A model generated the notes under the pieces. It was not told the origin of the DNA. It did no database searches and saw only the letters and a list, made by a program, of their open reading frames with translations. The position numbers and the translations under genes are program-made. DNA of 64,000 bases from an uncultured cyanobacterium. Its GTDB lineage: Bacteria; Cyanobacteriota; Cyanobacteriia; Cyanobacteriales; CAWUOF01. Positions 62,720-64,000 of the stretch are shown here, piece after piece. Where the stretch lies: contig CAVUSO010000001.1 in assembly GCA_963744145.1 (NCBI GenBank), positions 4,640,001 through 4,704,000 on the forward strand, given 5' to 3'. Each line of letters begins with the position of its first letter. Positions within the stretch are counted from its first letter, which is position 1.

Positions 62720-64000
62720 ATGAAAATCCTCCACATTAGTTTAACTGAACTGGGTAAGGATTATGCTGCTTTGCGTTACTTTTGGGAGAATCCTCCTGAT
62801 TACAAGGAACACAGATTACCTCTGGCTGAAATTAAAGATTTAGGCAATCAATCAGAAGCTGATTACTATACTCGTATTCCTGTGGATTATGCTACTACCG
62901 GACAATCACTCTATAACTGGTTAGATCAGAGTGATCGCTTGTTAGCTAATGCTTTAAATCAGCCTCGTCAGGACGGGTTAGTAATTGCGATCGCGACGGA
63001 TAAAGGACTAGCAAAGTTGCCTTGGGAATTGTTGCATGATGGGAATTGTTTCTTAGTAGAGAAAAGACCTGCAATTATTCCGGTGCGGTGGGTGTCTAAT
63101 GGTCAACCGATCGCGATCGCTAACTCTCCACAAAATCGACCTCTTAATCTGTTATTTATGGCGACTTCGCCTTTAGGAGTTGAACCAGAATTAGAGTATG
63201 AAGCGGAAGAAGGGCAAATTTTAAAGACAACCCATACTCCAGTAAACTTGATAGTAGAAGAAAGTGGCTGTTTAACTGAATTGGGTCGTCTGGTTCGAGA
63301 ATATGAAAAAGGATATTTTGATATTTTTCATTTAACAGGTCATGCAACTACTGATGGGGGAAAACCCTGCTTTTTGACTGAAGACGAATACGGCAACCGA
63401 GTTGATAGCAGTACCGCCAAAATATACGATGAGCTGACATCTCCCTTACCGTCTTTAATTTTCCTCTCTGGTTGTCGAACTGGTTATTCTTCTGAGGGGA
63501 CAGTTCTCTTAATGGCCGAAGAATTATTAAAGATGGGAGGAACAGCAATTTTAGGATGGGGGGAAAGAGTCCGCGATACCCATGCAACAGCGGCTGCGAG
63601 TAAATTGTATTGTCATTTGGCTCAAGGGGACGCGATTACAGATGCACTATCTTTTACCTACAAAACCTTGATTAATGACCAGGTACAAGAGTGGCATAAA
63701 TTACGGTTATATGTGGCAAATACCTTACCCCAGGCGTTAGTAACTCCTTTAAGAACAAAGGGACGCAAACAATTGCCCAAACCGACGACAACAATCGAAT
63801 TTAGGGATGATGAACAACGGTTAAGGGTGGCAAAGAGAGAAGATTTTGTTGGTCATCGCCGCCAGTTACAGAACTGTTTGCGAACTCTGAAGCGAGATCA
63901 GGAAAAAGTAGGGGTATTAATTCATGGGATGGGGGGATTAGGAAAAAGTAGTATTGCCTCGCGATTGTGGGATAGACTACCTGAACATGAAAAAGTTTTC
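62720..64000 (+). CDS. CHAT protease plus STAND/NB-ARC-like NTPase (NLR-like), runs off window end
   Basis: Manual translation MKILHISL...LPWELLHD...FHLTGHA...FLSGCRTG...FVGHRRQL...IHGMGGLGKS; open to 64000. Confidence 0.9.
   Translation, partial: MKILHISLTELGKDYAALRYFWENPPDYKEHRLPLAEIKDLGNQSEADYYTRIPVDYATTGQSLYNWLDQSDRLLANALNQPRQDGLVIAIATDKGLAKLPWELLHDGNCFLVEKRPAIIPVRWVSNGQPIAIANSPQNRPLNLLFMATSPLGVEPELEYEAEEGQILKTTHTPVNLIVEESGCLTELGRLVREYEKGYFDIFHLTGHATTDGGKPCFLTEDEYGNRVDSSTAKIYDELTSPLPSLIFLSGCRTGYSSEGTVLLMAEELLKMGGTAILGWGERVRDTHATAAASKLYCHLAQGDAITDALSFTYKTLINDQVQEWHKLRLYVANTLPQALVTPLRTKGRKQLPKPTTTIEFRDDEQRLRVAKREDFVGHRRQLQNCLRTLKRDQEKVGVLIHGMGGLGKSSIASRLWDRLPEHEKVF

Noticed and set aside
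63156..63587. Two minus-strand ORFs
   Set aside because: Antisense shadows of the CHAT-NTPase gene; the same applies to shadow ORFs inside murJ, rpoD, chlH, the kinase and other genes

Overview
64-kb chromosomal window from a low-GC cyanobacterium, judged from abundant HIP1 (GCGATCGC) sites and chlH, psbK and rpoD. Housekeeping blocks (sat, hisG, sfsA, murJ, rpoD, chlH, purS/purQ, psbK, tgt, cobS, an osmoprotectant ABC transporter, an UrtA-like binding protein) alternate with two accessory regions. The first (~21.7-37.4 kb) holds paralogous coiled-coil genes, decayed ISL3 and IS1 elements and an XPB-like helicase. It also holds a three-gene TPR-CHAT (caspase-like) locus whose ten near-identical 102-bp TPR repeats vary almost only at non-synonymous sites and which ends in a two-TM protein, and next to it a five-copy tandem array of Rpn (PD-(D/E)XK) nuclease genes with variable (EGRA)n linkers. 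The second (~59-64 kb) holds MITE-disrupted Uma2 genes, a small hydrophobic ORF, a toxin/immunity-like pair, and a small membrane-type gene ahead of a CHAT-STAND NLR-like gene. Other oddities: a YtpB-like terpene synthase, a stand-alone EF-G domain IV-V protein, an SPFH-FHA fusion, an LRAT-fold protein lacking its catalytic Cys, self-nested 24-nt repeats and a perfect 9 x 28-bp tandem repeat. Several single-base lesions may be sequencing errors. All family assignments come from motif recognition; no database searches were run.
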